Origin: an uncultured Nitrososphaeraceae archaeon
GTDB taxonomy: Archaea; Thermoproteota; Nitrososphaeria; Nitrososphaerales; Nitrososphaeraceae
Length of the DNA: 64,000 nucleotides
Reading direction: 5' to 3'
NCBI GenBank assembly: GCA_963779615.1
Contig: CAVZZA010000003.1
Coordinates: 192,001-256,000 of the forward strand
Below the pieces are notes generated by a model that was not told the DNA's origin, searched no databases, and was given only the letters and a program-made list of their open reading frames with translations. The position numbers were made by a program, and so were the translations under genes. Below, in pieces: positions 1 through 10,651 of this stretch (the first letter of the stretch is position 1; each line of letters starts with the position of its first letter).

Positions 1-1138
1 ACAAATCGTCTTTGTATTGTGAACCTAATTTTTCCGAGTTTAAAAATACAAGAGCGGTAGGTCCGACAGGGTCTTCCAATTCAAACTTTGGTTCTGAATA
101 TTGAGCATTATTTGACAAATTTACTAAAGAAGAAGGGTTTGTATGTTTAAGATGAGACTCTTTTGCAAACCCCTGTATAAGCTTCCAGCCGCTATTGAAT
201 CCTGGATTAACTAAATTTATCTCATCTCCATATTTAGGTCCATTCTCTGTATCCCAGAGATTTCCTGTCAACGGATCAAAAGCAATACCAAAACTGTTTC
301 GAATACCATAAGCAAAATAACTGCTTAAAGGAGGTTCATCTCCAAAAGGGCTGTTTGGAACTGATTGTCCGTTTGATGTAACCCTGAGGATACCACCGGT
401 TCCATCAGCTTGAGGACCATTTTTTACATTCTGTGCCATAGTTTGATGGCCCCCTACATCTCCAATGACCGCATAAATGTTGCCATCAGGTCCGATTGCT
501 ACTCTACCTCCATTATGTTCTGAACGACCTGATGATCCAAGATTAGCAGGCAGCTGCATCAATAGCGTTGGATTGACAAGTTGATTGTTAGCCCATTCAT
601 ATCTATATACCATATTTCCTTTTGGAGGAGCGGCACCAGTGAATTCATCTCCATCTGTGGTGTCACTGCCAGCTTGTGTATAGTATAAATAAACATATCT
701 TTTTCCATCTGGGGAAAGAGTAGGTGCTACAGCAATTCCAAGTAAGCCCCTCTCTATATAGTTTGCAACAGCAACGTCCAATACTGAATTAGGCAAAAGC
801 TTGCCGTTGACAATTCTATCTACTTTGCCTGTGTTTTTTTCCAAGACAAGAATATCATTTGGTGCCAAAAATGCCATGCTTGTATTTCCTTTGCCAGAGG
901 CTGGAAAAACTATTTGCACTCTTAAATTTGGGTCATTAACTGTTGGGCCAGATGGTGAGGTTGGAGCGATAGAATATTGTGCAAAAGCCTTAAAATTAGA
1001 AACTGAGAATGGCAAAAGAGATTTGTTGAGATTGTTAAATTGCGTCATTGTTAATGATGCAGATAATAACAACATTAATGAGAAAAAAGTAAAACAAGAT
1101 TTGATGAAAAACTTGTTTGATTTTAAAATAAATCTCAA
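1..1138 (-). CDS. PQQ-dependent glucose/sorbosone dehydrogenase family protein (secreted); 3' end runs off the window
   Basis: Manual minus-strand translation: signal peptide, then SMAFLAPNDILVLEKNTGKV, ERGLLGIA, HNGGRVAIGPDGNIYAVIGD and YAYGIRNSFGIAFDP-like motifs followed by LWDTENGP. Absent from the ORF track because there is no stop in the window. TTG start is tentative. Confidence 0.88.
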   Translation of the reverse strand, partial: MRFILKSNKFFIKSCFTFFSLMLLLSASLTMTQFNNLNKSLLPFSVSNFKAFAQYSIAPTSPSGPTVNDPNLRVQIVFPASGKGNTSMAFLAPNDILVLEKNTGKVDRIVNGKLLPNSVLDVAVANYIERGLLGIAVAPTLSPDGKRYVYLYYTQAGSDTTDGDEFTGAAPPKGNMVYRYEWANNQLVNPTLLMQLPANLGSSGRSEHNGGRVAIGPDGNIYAVIGDVGGHQTMAQNVKNGPQADGTGGILRVTSNGQSVPNSPFGDEPPLSSYFAYGIRNSFGIAFDPLTGNLWDTENGPKYGDEINLVNPGFNSGWKLIQGFAKESHLKHTNPSSLVNLSNNAQYSEPKFELEDPVGPTALVFLNSEKLGSQYKDDL

Positions 1139-1223
1139 TACCTGTTTTACGACGTATTAAATTTATATTTTTTTTGTGCTTTGTTGCATGATTCTTAAAA
1201 TCCAATCTTACTGTCTGTCTTGC

Positions 1224-1426
1224 CTAAATAGACATTGTCTTGTTGTACAGTGACGCTTTTAGCATTATTTCCTGTACCGTATTTTTAAACTTGACAGAAT
1301 AAACACATATTCAATATCAAACGTTCTCTTTATTGAGGAGAACACGGTTTCGGCCGTCCATCCGTGTCCATAGCCTACACCATCCCTCCATCCTTGCAAA
1401 CCGTTTCTTTGCTCTAAAACTGACAG
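1224..1426 (-). mobile_element. IS5-family transposase C-terminal remnant
   Basis: Translates to LSVLEQRNGLQGWRDGVGYGHGWTAETVFSSIK...EYVYSVKFKN-like...EIMLKASLYNK, with the WxxETVFSxIKR DDE C-terminal signature. Frameshifted and truncated. Confidence 0.75.
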
Positions 1427-1627
1427 TGTACCCCCGATAAGACCCTCAAAGTATCAAAATTAATGAAGCCAGACCCTTCCACAGGTAAGACAGACGATAA
1501 GAAAGTGACTCAATTTTTATCTGGCCACCAATGAGCTGCTAACACAATAAGCGTGGCTAAAGCCATGCCAGCCCCGTTCAGCTCTGCCCAGACTGCATTT
1601 CGCGCACTTTACGCCTTTGGTTCGTGA

Positions 1628-2010
1628 ATGCATCTAAAGAAGCACGGTATGCTCGATACCACTGAGTGCCAGAGGCGGGCGTTGCTGGTCAGACACGAAG
1701 AGCTGGAGGCACGGCTGAGAAAAGCGGAGGTGGTTTTCAACCTTGTTCTGCAACTTGCAAAAGGCGGAGATCCTACTGAGGACCCTACCGCACCTTGGCC
1801 CGACGATAGTCCTCGCTTAGGCATTTGCCGGCTCGGATTGGGGCGACCAACCACAGTTGAAGAAGAAATCAGCGGTCCTGTGATGCTCCAAGATCCCACA
1901 CGCCTTAAAGACGGCATGGAGGCATCTGACCGCCCCATCCTGGCTGTGCGCCCTGGCGTATATGGAAGTCCCTGTTGCTAATCGCACAGGTGGCTGGAGG
2001 GGACGTATGG
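1628..2010 (+). pseudogene. Catalase-related (SrpA-like) heme peroxidase C-terminal fragment
   Basis: EELEARL..VFNLVLQLAKGGDPTEDPTAPWPDD..DPTRLKDGMEASDRPILAVRPGVY, then EVPVANRTGGW in a shifted frame. The N-terminal catalytic part is absent. Confidence 0.7.
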
Positions 2011-2248
2011 CAGCCGTGGAAGGGGTTGATTCACCCCTTTTGCACCAGGAACAATCGAAAGAGAACAATACAGTATTTTAGACAACACACCATGCCTTGA
2101 TAGCTACCTTCCCTTTTGCAATACGAAAGGTGGAATGAAACATCATACGTTAAGAACTTGATTGACCGTGCTTATGGATTGCATAACAGGGACGCAGCAA
2201 GGGCCTTAGCTATAGGCCCTGTTGCCTTTATTTTAGACTTGAACCATC

Positions 2249-3082
2249 TTATTCTGCAGGTTTTTTTTGGAAACGCTGACGCATTAGCTTTATTATGTCC
2301 GTGTTACGGCCAGGGTGGTAAAAAATTTCATCAGCAATCCTAGACAATTCCCTTGGCTCTATGGGCCTGTCTTTCGGAAGGCCTTGATTTGCTTTAACAA
2401 CCTCGCTTTCAAGAACACATTTGGGGGACTTTAGTGTTTCAACCTCAGCCTGACAGTCAAGAAGCTCTTCCCTCAACAAAGACACTTCGTTTTCCATTTC
2501 ACTTAATTCCTCTTTTAGTTTGCCTATTTTGTCTGCAAGAGGCCTGTTTAGACGGTATTCGTTTAAATCAGACATGGTCAGGTTATCCTCCTCAAGCCTT
2601 TGTCTAATGCGATTATCCCTTTTTGCAATCTCCCTGTCAAGGCCTTGTAGTTGCCTTGTCTTTTGACTAAGATATAGGTGGACATCCGATATCGGAATAG
2701 TCTTGCCATCTGCCCAGTCAAATGTTTCATCTATCCGCGACACAAACTCCTTTTCATCCATTCCTCGCCTAAAGCAATGTACACTTATCTCCTCAAGCAA
2801 TAACTCCATTTTCTCCTCGGGCAGCCCTATCCTATCCAACACTTTTTTTAACCTGACCGCAGAGGCGAAATCACTTACGTCAAGATCTTTCTTTCTTATC
2901 CTCAAGGCGATCTCCCTCAGCAAGTCGATGTCAGGAATGTCCTTGTCACGGGCCTGTTGGTGTATGGCCGTTACAGTCCCAGCGCCAATGCCGTTGTCTC
3001 GTGCTATTTTGCTACGCGGGGTTCCCTGAAGCCACTCATCCAATACCTTTGTTTTTATTGACTGGGGGGTCTTGGCAACCAT
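2249..3082 (-). CDS. N-terminal HTH plus coiled-coil protein (Nitrososphaeraceae multi-copy family)
   Basis: 277 aa; VLDEWLQGTPRSKIARDNGIGAGTVTAI is HTH-like, followed by long heptad-rich helices. Confidence 0.75.
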   Translation of the reverse strand: MVAKTPQSIKTKVLDEWLQGTPRSKIARDNGIGAGTVTAIHQQARDKDIPDIDLLREIALRIRKKDLDVSDFASAVRLKKVLDRIGLPEEKMELLLEEISVHCFRRGMDEKEFVSRIDETFDWADGKTIPISDVHLYLSQKTRQLQGLDREIAKRDNRIRQRLEEDNLTMSDLNEYRLNRPLADKIGKLKEELSEMENEVSLLREELLDCQAEVETLKSPKCVLESEVVKANQGLPKDRPIEPRELSRIADEIFYHPGRNTDIIKLMRQRFQKKPAE

Positions 3083-3178
3083 TGTTTATTTTACACATAT
3101 ACATACTACCAAAGTGTTTAAAAGGCATAGAACATACAGTCGACCCTTTGCTTCCATTGGGCTTGTATCCTATTTGGT

Positions 3179-3222
3179 CGCCATCTGACCGCCATCTGAC
3201 CGCCATCTGACCGCCATCTGAC
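3179..3222. repeat. Tandem repeat, 4 x 11 bp CGCCATCTGAC
   Basis: Read directly. A fifth copy lies at 3302-3312. Confidence 0.95.
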
Positions 3223-3229
3223 CACCACC

Positions 3230-3850
3230 ATAACCATCGCCCAAACCTGAACCCTTCTGGTCACAAAGAACGTCATCTGCCCCGACGGCTTTTCTGCCCA
3301 CCGCCATCTGACTTTACAATACGTGTCACCGGAACCTCGGGAGACGGCAATCCAAGCCCCGGCTCGTTTGCCGGCTCTGCGGAGGGCATCACAGTCACAC
3401 TCAATGCCGGTAACTATAACATCACCGAGGGCTTTCAGGACAGCGCCTCATCGCCCTTATAGTTTGTGAGGAACTTTAGTGCCGGTTGCAGCGGCGGCAT
3501 AAAATCCAACGGCGAAAGCAGAGTGCAACGGGACAAACGAGTTTGTAGTAAAGAGTGCCTGTTTCTGGACAAGTTTGAATCACGTGGCACCGGCGACGGC
3601 CCGTTTAGATCTCAAGCAGGAGTTGCCGTGAACCCCTCGACGGGCAGCGTATATGTGGCAGACCAGGCCAACAACCGCATATGGGTGTTTGACTCCAGCG
3701 GCAACTTCATCACAAGTTTCGGAACAACCGCAGGCTCCGGTGACAGCCAGTTTTTTAGTCCGAGGCGTTGCCGTGGACCCATCCACGGGCAGTGTGTATG
3801 TGGCAGACACCAACAACAACCGCATCCAGGTGTTTTTCCTGGACCCGTGA
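3230..3850 (+). pseudogene. Surface protein relic with a SpaA/prealbumin-like domain and NHL repeats
   Basis: PPSDFTIRVTG..GNPSPGSFAGSAEGITVTLNAGNYNITE, then GVAVNPSTGSVYVADQANNRIWVF and GVAVDPSTGSVYVADTNNNRIQVF in different frames. Confidence 0.75.
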
Positions 3851-4623
3851 CTTGCCGCCACCCGGCAAATTGGTCCCTCCTTGCTAAATCTGCCAGGTGG
3901 ACAGAGTAGCCACCGCCTGCCAGGCAACACAAACCTACTCAATGGCAAACAGAATGACTTGTTTTCTATTTCCTGACTACAATTGCCCTTGGCAACCGCA
4001 TTTGAGCATGTCTTTATCCGTGCGAGATAATGTTGAATCTGGCACCGGCAGACCACTCTCTAGGCGACTTTAAGGTTAATTACATTAAGCGAAATGGCGG
4101 TGGTGGCGTATCATCAAGCACTACAACTTGGTGGATGAAGGACTGGCTTTTCCGGTTATCCTAAACAATTGCTTTAGGTCCCCATGTCTTTTCTGCCGTA
4201 AGTCAACGCCTAAGGAAGGATCCTGCAAATTCAAAACCGTCTCTGGCCGCAGATGACTGCCCTTTCCGTTGATTCAATTCAGGCAATGGCGTTATATGTG
4301 CATAACGTGTAAGCCGTTAAGCCGCGAAGGCCCCAATCGCAGTTGAGAGGTGACACAAAGGCGATAGATCACTCCGAAGCGCAAGGAAACATTGGACGAG
4401 ATGTGCTTTTGTCCTTCTTGGACAGGGTGGATGGTTGGTTTGGCCTTTGGGCATCCCTGACTCGAGGCAAACATGCTTTAGCTGCAACTCTGGCATGTAT
4501 GTCACCCAATTATGGTCTGCCAACCTCCTGCTGTCAGCATATCTTTTTGGAGCATTCGGTAAAGGCATCTTTCGTACTCGCCAACCATGAAAACTTAAAG
4601 TCTGCCATCAAGATAGGAGTACC

Positions 4624-5379
4624 ATGAAAAGGCTTGAGGGAAAAGTCGCAGTCATCACCGGGGGAAGTAGTGGCATAGGCCTGGCTACGGCCCAGCGGTT
4701 CGTGGAAGAGGGCGCATACGTTTTCATCTCGGGCCGCCGCCAAGGTGAGCTTGATGCAGCGGTAAGGCAGATCGGCAAAAACGTCACCAGTGTTCAGGGG
4801 GACGTGTCAAGCCTTGAGGACCTTGACAGGCTGTATGCCACGGTGAAGGAACAGAAGGGCCGCATCGACATCCTGTTCGCTAATGCCGGCATTGGGGAAT
4901 TCGCCCCATTGGGGGAAATCTCCGAAGCACACTTTGACAAAACGTTTGGTGTTAACGTCAAAGGGCTTTTGTTCAGTGTCCAAAAGGCCCTTCCCTTGTT
5001 CGGGGACGGTGGAGGAGGTTCGATTATCCTGAATGCTTCGGTCGCCTCATCCATGGGGTTGGATACGTCCACCGTTTATAGCGCAACCAAGGCTGCAGTG
5101 AGGTCGTTCGCCCGGACCTGGACAGTCGATCTGAAGCAGCGCAAGATACGCGTCAATGCCATCAGCCCCGGTCCGATAGACACACCCATCTTCAGTACCG
5201 CGATAGAAACTGAGGAACAGATCGAGCAGACAAAGACCAGTCTTGTGGCCAGCGTACCGATGGGCCGAATGGGGGGACCTGATGAGGTCGCCAAAGCCGT
5301 CTTGTTCCTCGCCTCAGATGACAGCAGTTATGTCACCGGCATAGAATTGTTCGTTGACGGGGGCATGGCTCAAATCTAG
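4624..5379 (+). CDS. Short-chain dehydrogenase/reductase (SDR)
   Basis: [16 protein letters not shown] and NAISPG motifs; 251 aa, intact. Confidence 0.95.
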   Translation: MKRLEGKVAVITGGSSGIGLATAQRFVEEGAYVFISGRRQGELDAAVRQIGKNVTSVQGDVSSLEDLDRLYATVKEQKGRIDILFANAGIGEFAPLGEISEAHFDKTFGVNVKGLLFSVQKALPLFGDGGGGSIILNASVASSMGLDTSTVYSATKAAVRSFARTWTVDLKQRKIRVNAISPGPIDTPIFSTAIETEEQIEQTKTSLVASVPMGRMGGPDEVAKAVLFLASDDSSYVTGIELFVDGGMAQI

Positions 5380-5631
5380 GTGACCTTGGGACCGCAGGCA
5401 TTTAACATTGGCTGATAATACTTACTACCATGAAAAATGACTCTTATCTGCCAATGTTCCCTAAATTGAAACAGATTGGATTTTTCCAAGAGTCTTGACT
5501 TGCCAAAGTTTTTGCAAGCAGTAAGGCAATTCTCCAATTCCAAGATTGAATGGAACATAGATAGGTGTCTGGAAACCGCGGAATTAGATGTCTTCAATCA
5601 TTCTTTAAAATCTTGATTGCCCACCTTTGTC

Positions 5632-6596
5632 ATGAAAGCAGTGCAAATCAGCAGGTACGGTGGAAGCGATGTTGTGGAAATCAATCAAAACGCTCCCTTC
5701 CCCTCCGCTCCAAAACCATTGCCCAACAAAATTCTCGTTGGCATAAAAGCGGCAGGGGTAAACCCTGTGGACTGGAAGATTCGCGAGGGGCACATGCAGC
5801 AAATGATGAATCCCAAGTTTCCATTAACCTTGGGGATGGATTTTTCAGGGGTTGTGCAGCAGGCTATAGAAGAAGGGGAAAATCCGTATGAGGTCCTCAG
5901 GCAAGGTGATGAGGTGTATGGTCAGGCTGCAGTTCCAAGCGGAGGCTCCGGAGCGTTTGCGCAAATGGCCATTGCAAATGCTGACAGTGTTGCACCCAAG
6001 CCCAAAAGCCTAAACCACACTGAGGCGGCCGCTTTACCGCATGCTGGAGTCAGCGCATGGCAGGCACTTGTAGAAACATGGGGTTGTCAAGTGGCCAGAA
6101 GATACTTATCCACGGTGGGGCAGGGGGCATATGGTCAATCGCCATATCACTCGCAAAGAACTTGGGAGCCCACGTGGCAACAACCGCAAGCCCGGATGAC
6201 AGGCAGTTTGTCGCAAAGCTGGGGGCTGATGAGGTGATAGACTACAAGACGCAGGCATTTGAGGATTTGGTGCATGACTATGATGCGGTACTTGACACTG
6301 TGGGTGGCCAAACATACTCCAAATCCTTTGGGGTGCTGAAAAGGGAAGGCGGCGGCATAATGGTTTCAATGCTGGAGCTGCCAAACAATGGTCTCATGGA
6401 GCGGTTTGGTGTGAAAGCCATGTTCCAGTCTACACAGGTAAACAGAGAGCGATTGGCCAAACTGGCCCAATGGGTGGACAAAAACAGCATAAAGGTGAAT
6501 GTTGACAGAACATTCTCAATTGATGACGCCGCAAGGGCCCTTGACTATGTAAGGGATGTCCATCCAAGGGGCAAGGTGGTATTGACTATGCAGTGA
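5632..6596 (+). pseudogene. NADP-dependent MDR/quinone oxidoreductase, single frameshift
   Basis: MKAVQI..AAGVNPVDWK..GMDFSG in one frame; ILIHGGAGG..GKVVL in another. The shift is near 6078-6084 (ACATGGGGTTG). Confidence 0.85.
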
Positions 6597-6733
6597 TGGT
6601 GCGGCAAACAATCAAAACCTGCAAGTGAATATAGGCTTGGCAACAATCTGTGGTGTAACAGGTTAGGCGGCACCTTCGACATTAGGGCTATTCACGCCAA
6701 GCGCGACAACCACTTTCTTTTCATCTTCTTGGT

Positions 6734-6758
6734 TTAGCGGCGGTGGTAGCGCCGCTAA
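6734..6758. terminator. Hairpin between convergent genes
   Basis: TTAGCGGCG-gtggtag-CGCCGCTAA, a perfect 9-bp stem between the MDR and LLM stop codons. Function inferred. Confidence 0.35.
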
Positions 6759-6819
6759 CTTGCCATTGCCCCTGAATTCTGGTTGCTGCTATTGCTGCTG
6801 TTATTGTTGTCCTGTATTG

Positions 6820-7833
6820 TCAAAGGGAAGACAGGATTTCATATGAGCGCAGCCTTGCCGCATGCTCATATATGTGCGAAACAGCCATTATCTCGTCTAC
6901 CTGCGTCCTGTCCAAAAAGGACTCTAGGCCCCTTTTGACGGTGGCAGGCCCCCCAACAAAGGAATACCTGAGCCTTTGGTTCACAGCCTCCTTCTCAGCT
7001 TTGCTGCATGCGCCATCAATGTCGTTTACCGGCGGTTGCAATGGTGTCTGGTTTCCCCTGATCATTTCAAGGGCCCTCAACTGTGTGGATGTGAACAGAC
7101 GACTGGCCTCGTTGTCTGTGTCGGCTGCAGCAGCCACGTTGACAGCTGCAATGACGTAAGGCTCCTTCAGGGTCTCAGAGGGCTGGAATCCTTCTCGATA
7201 GGCTGCAACAGCCGTATCAAAGTAAGAGGGAGCAAAATGGCTTGCAAAGGCAAAAGGCAGGCCCAGCATTGCAGCCAGCTGGGCACTAAATGTGCTGGAG
7301 CCCAGCAGCCATATGGGAACTTTCAGTCCCTCACCAGGTGTTGCCCTTACCTTGGCTTCAGGTTTTGGCGGCCCCAGGTAGTTTTGCAACTCCATCACGC
7401 CATTGGGGAAATCCTCCTCCAAACCGTCCAAGTTGCGCCTTAAGGCCATGGCGGTGCCAATGTCAGTTCCAGGCGCACGGCCTACCCCAAGGTCAATCCT
7501 GCCTGGATACAGGGATTCCAGGGTTCCAAACTGCTCTGCTATTACAAGCGGGGCATGGTTTGGCAGCATCACCCCGCCAGAGCCCACCCTTATTGTGGAG
7601 GTGCCTGCTGCTATAAACCCAACAAGCACAGAGGTGGCTGTGCTTGCTATGCCCTTGGTGTTGTGATGCTCGGCCAGCCAATAGCGCTTGTATCCCCACC
7701 GCTCGGCATGCCGGGCCAAATCCAAGCTGTTTTGCATCGACTGCCGTGGGGAGCCATCAACTGCGTTTACCATCACCAGGTCAAGAACAGACAACGGTAT
7801 GCCCACATTTTTTGTTGGATGCTTCAGCGCCAT
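6820..7833 (-). CDS. Luciferase-like (LLM class, YhbW-type) flavin-dependent monooxygenase
   Basis: [44 protein letters not shown] and FASHF motifs. Confidence 0.93.
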   Translation of the reverse strand: MALKHPTKNVGIPLSVLDLVMVNAVDGSPRQSMQNSLDLARHAERWGYKRYWLAEHHNTKGIASTATSVLVGFIAAGTSTIRVGSGGVMLPNHAPLVIAEQFGTLESLYPGRIDLGVGRAPGTDIGTAMALRRNLDGLEEDFPNGVMELQNYLGPPKPEAKVRATPGEGLKVPIWLLGSSTFSAQLAAMLGLPFAFASHFAPSYFDTAVAAYREGFQPSETLKEPYVIAAVNVAAAADTDNEASRLFTSTQLRALEMIRGNQTPLQPPVNDIDGACSKAEKEAVNQRLRYSFVGGPATVKRGLESFLDRTQVDEIMAVSHIYEHAARLRSYEILSSL

Positions 7834-8514
7834 AGCAGTAGTAGTTATTCTGATCCGATGCTTTTATCTTATGATCGATATGATGCCTTAAGCACCATTG
7901 AGTAACCAATGGACAGGTTAATCGCCTGTTTATGACAGGTCGATCATGCATAAACCTGGCAGCAGAGCCAGATCTACGCCAATACACACAAGACATTATC
8001 TTATTAATAGATGAAAGATATCAAATTCTCCAAATCGTCAAGATCATGTATTGGAAGAGGCTAACGTTACAACTATTTATGGGTGTTTGAGGCACAGGCG
8101 GACACCCTTGTAGAGACAGTAGTGACGGCCGCAACCTCCAGAAATTCAAGGAAAGACACAAAAGTGGTAGTAATAGGACAAACGGAAATAGGGCTATAGC
8201 AATAGTGAATCTCTGTCTATCCGGACATCTCTCCTCAAAGTATCAAATGCAGGGGACACAGGCTCGTTAGGGTTCAAGGATTGTTCAACCCTATGCACTG
8301 CTTTATCCCCATTCCGTTTCACACAAGCCCTCTACACCTAAATCCGAATTCACCTGGATGTTATGCCTGCCAGCTGTGCCAAGTCGTCTACCAGGATGTC
8401 TATGTTGACGTCGCACCCCACAAGAAACCATTTTTGAATCGGATCCACAATGCTGTTTCTTGTGTCTGAAATTCAATGCCACAGATTATAACCATTCCAA
8501 AATATGCCACTATC

Positions 8515-9009
8515 CTAAAACACTGTTTTTCGTTCCCAGGGGAACACAATCCATTTGTTATGGTTCAATACCTTTCCAACATATGATACTACTCCATCGC
8601 CATTATTGTCTTTGAATCTCCTCATAAGATATGCAAAATCACAATCAAATCCTCGCACCGCATCAAAGACTTTAGAAAACGTATTACCAGTATCATATAT
8701 TTCGTCAACTATAAGATATTTTTTGTATTTAGATAATGGAGGCATCCCTTCTTTGTGCAGCTTTTTACTTCTGACTGGTATGAATTGTATATCATCAACA
8801 TCAAGTTCCAGTGCCATCAGCCTAGCTGGAATGATTCCTCCATTTGTTATTCCCAGAATAGAGTCATATCTTTTGTTTGAACTTTGTATTTTGTCTGCAA
8901 CAATCTTTGTTAGTAATCCTACTTCCTCCCAACTACAATACTCTTTAGGGGAGCTTTTTTCGCTCACCTCTTCTTTTTTGAACCTCAAATTACTATCACA
9001 CACTACCAA
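8515..9009 (-). CDS. Purine phosphoribosyltransferase family protein
   Basis: ILGITNGGIIPA, PRPP loop YLIVDEIYDTGNT and C-terminal WIVFPWE. Confidence 0.88.
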   Translation of the reverse strand: MVVCDSNLRFKKEEVSEKSSPKEYCSWEEVGLLTKIVADKIQSSNKRYDSILGITNGGIIPARLMALELDVDDIQFIPVRSKKLHKEGMPPLSKYKKYLIVDEIYDTGNTFSKVFDAVRGFDCDFAYLMRRFKDNNGDGVVSYVGKVLNHNKWIVFPWERKTVF

Positions 9010-9121
9010 TTATCATAATGATAATAAAATAATAACAATCAGGATATCCTACCCACACTATTATTATTATTATCAATAGTGCCTGTTGTGTACATATTTT
9101 TTGGGTTAGTTTCATTGTTTG

Positions 9122-9235
9122 CCCGGAGTTTTTGCGATAGGCGACATGCGAGGCGACAGCATAAAGCGTGTTGCATCGGCTGTGGGCGAAGGACAAATTG
9201 CCATCTCACTTGATAATCAAGTACTCCGAAAATAG
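9122..9235 (+). pseudogene. Thioredoxin reductase-like C-terminal fragment
   Basis: PGVFAIGDMRGDSIKRVASAVGEGQIAI is the second FAD-binding motif; there is no upstream ORF. Confidence 0.7.
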
Positions 9236-9509
9236 AATATAGATCAAGCATTACCGTAATCAGATGAATCTCCCAATAGCATTGAGTCAAATGACACGAA
9301 ATATGCTAACACATATTTGTAACCTCTATTGAATTTCTAAATTTTAATCAAATTGGCACATATACCGTTTATAGTGTAACAATGGCTAACAAGTTAGTTG
9401 GTATATGCGGGGTTTTCGCAGTTAAATCATATGCAGGATTCTGATAGTTCTTCATAAACCAAGTCTGTTACCTGAACCATATTTTCTTTGCCCAATTGTG
9501 AAATGGTTC

Positions 9510-10631
9510 TCATCCAAATGTAAATGCATAGGCTTGAAATCCTTTTCCTTTGACATCTATTATCAACGAATGAAAACCCTCATCACCATATGACTGATGG
9601 TTTACTATGTTGTACAGCCTTGGATAATCAATTGCAAATTTGGAACCGTTTTCTGTGTCTACACCTTTGGAATAACTGGACAATAAAGAATTATCCTCAT
9701 GAACTATTCCTTGACCCCTACCGCCTGCTACCAGGTTTACATACTGTGCAGAATAGTTTAAGACAATACGACCAGCATCACTTTGTAATTCAACATTATC
9801 ATGATTGGTTTTCCATTTCCCTTCAAGATATATCATGTCAGGTTTTACAGATGAATTTGATATTGATGGTGTTGCATATGTTACAGCCTGTCCTAGATGA
9901 ATACCTTCTGGATTCTCTACCGCTGAATTTGACCCTTGATTTCCAAAATACAATTCCGGTGTTTTAATTTTTGAAAAATCAACAGGCTGTTCAAGAAAAT
10001 TACGAAGAGTGTTTGTGGAATTTAACTGCGTTTTGTTCTCGTACGGATGGGTTGCATTTCCACCATCAGTATCTTTTGTTCCCTTGTTGCTATTTCTTTC
10101 ATACAAGAGCGATTGAATTGCCTTTTCTGTTTGGTCATATTCCCCCTCACCAATTTTGTCATATCTTATGAGCCCTTGATCATCAACAAGATACATTCTT
10201 GGCCAATAGTTGTTTCCATAGGCATTCCAGATTTTATAATCATTATCTTGTATTACGGGATATTTTATGCCGTATTTTTGCAATGACATCTTCACATTAT
10301 CAACATTCTTTTCAAATCCAAATTCTGGTGTATGGACTCCTACTATTACCAGTCCCTTATCCCCATACTTTGCATTCCATTCCATAAGGTGTGGAACGGT
10401 TCTCAGGACATTAATGCAACTATAAGTCCAAAAGTTCACAAGCACCACTTTTCCTTTTAAGCCGGCCATTGTTAGCGGCTGACCATCATTAATATTGTTG
10501 ATGTTTTTTATAGTTTCACCAGTTTTCTCAAATTCAGGCGCAATTTTAGATTGAGAGTAGCATGTCAAATAACTTATTGTAAATATACATGCAATAATCA
10601 CCGTTGTAAGGATAATGATCTTTTGTTTCAA
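9510..10631 (-). CDS. Membrane-anchored redoxin with a DipZ-like C-terminal domain
   Basis: N-terminal TM; VNFWTYSCINV, GVHTPEF, NNYWP, TPELYFG and YAFTFG. Confidence 0.88.
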   Translation of the reverse strand: MKQKIIILTTVIIACIFTISYLTCYSQSKIAPEFEKTGETIKNINNINDGQPLTMAGLKGKVVLVNFWTYSCINVLRTVPHLMEWNAKYGDKGLVIVGVHTPEFGFEKNVDNVKMSLQKYGIKYPVIQDNDYKIWNAYGNNYWPRMYLVDDQGLIRYDKIGEGEYDQTEKAIQSLLYERNSNKGTKDTDGGNATHPYENKTQLNSTNTLRNFLEQPVDFSKIKTPELYFGNQGSNSAVENPEGIHLGQAVTYATPSISNSSVKPDMIYLEGKWKTNHDNVELQSDAGRIVLNYSAQYVNLVAGGRGQGIVHEDNSLLSSYSKGVDTENGSKFAIDYPRLYNIVNHQSYGDEGFHSLIIDVKGKGFQAYAFTFG

Positions 10632-10651
10632 TTTTAATCACTTTTTGCATT

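Larger units (their letters stand above)
1444..8247. mobile_element. Putative acquired higher-GC island bounded by a 15-bp direct repeat
   Basis: CCTCAAAGTATCAAA occurs at 1444-1458 and 8233-8247. The interior is about 50% GC or more by eye, against roughly 33% outside. No intact integrase inside. Confidence 0.55.

Noticed and set aside
801-1160. 119-aa plus-strand ORF, and the many other antisense ORFs in the track
   Set aside because: They are shadows of well-supported genes on the opposite strand and have no motifs.
3179-3222. 11-bp repeats as a CRISPR array
   Set aside because: Too short, and there are no spacers.
6070-6090. Programmed frameshift in the MDR gene
   Set aside because: No slippery heptamer or stimulatory structure; a single indel at a short G run is simpler.
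8350-8470. Possible methyltransferase C-terminal relic on the minus strand (DPIQKWFLVGCDVNIDIL)
   Set aside because: Too short and too weak to call.
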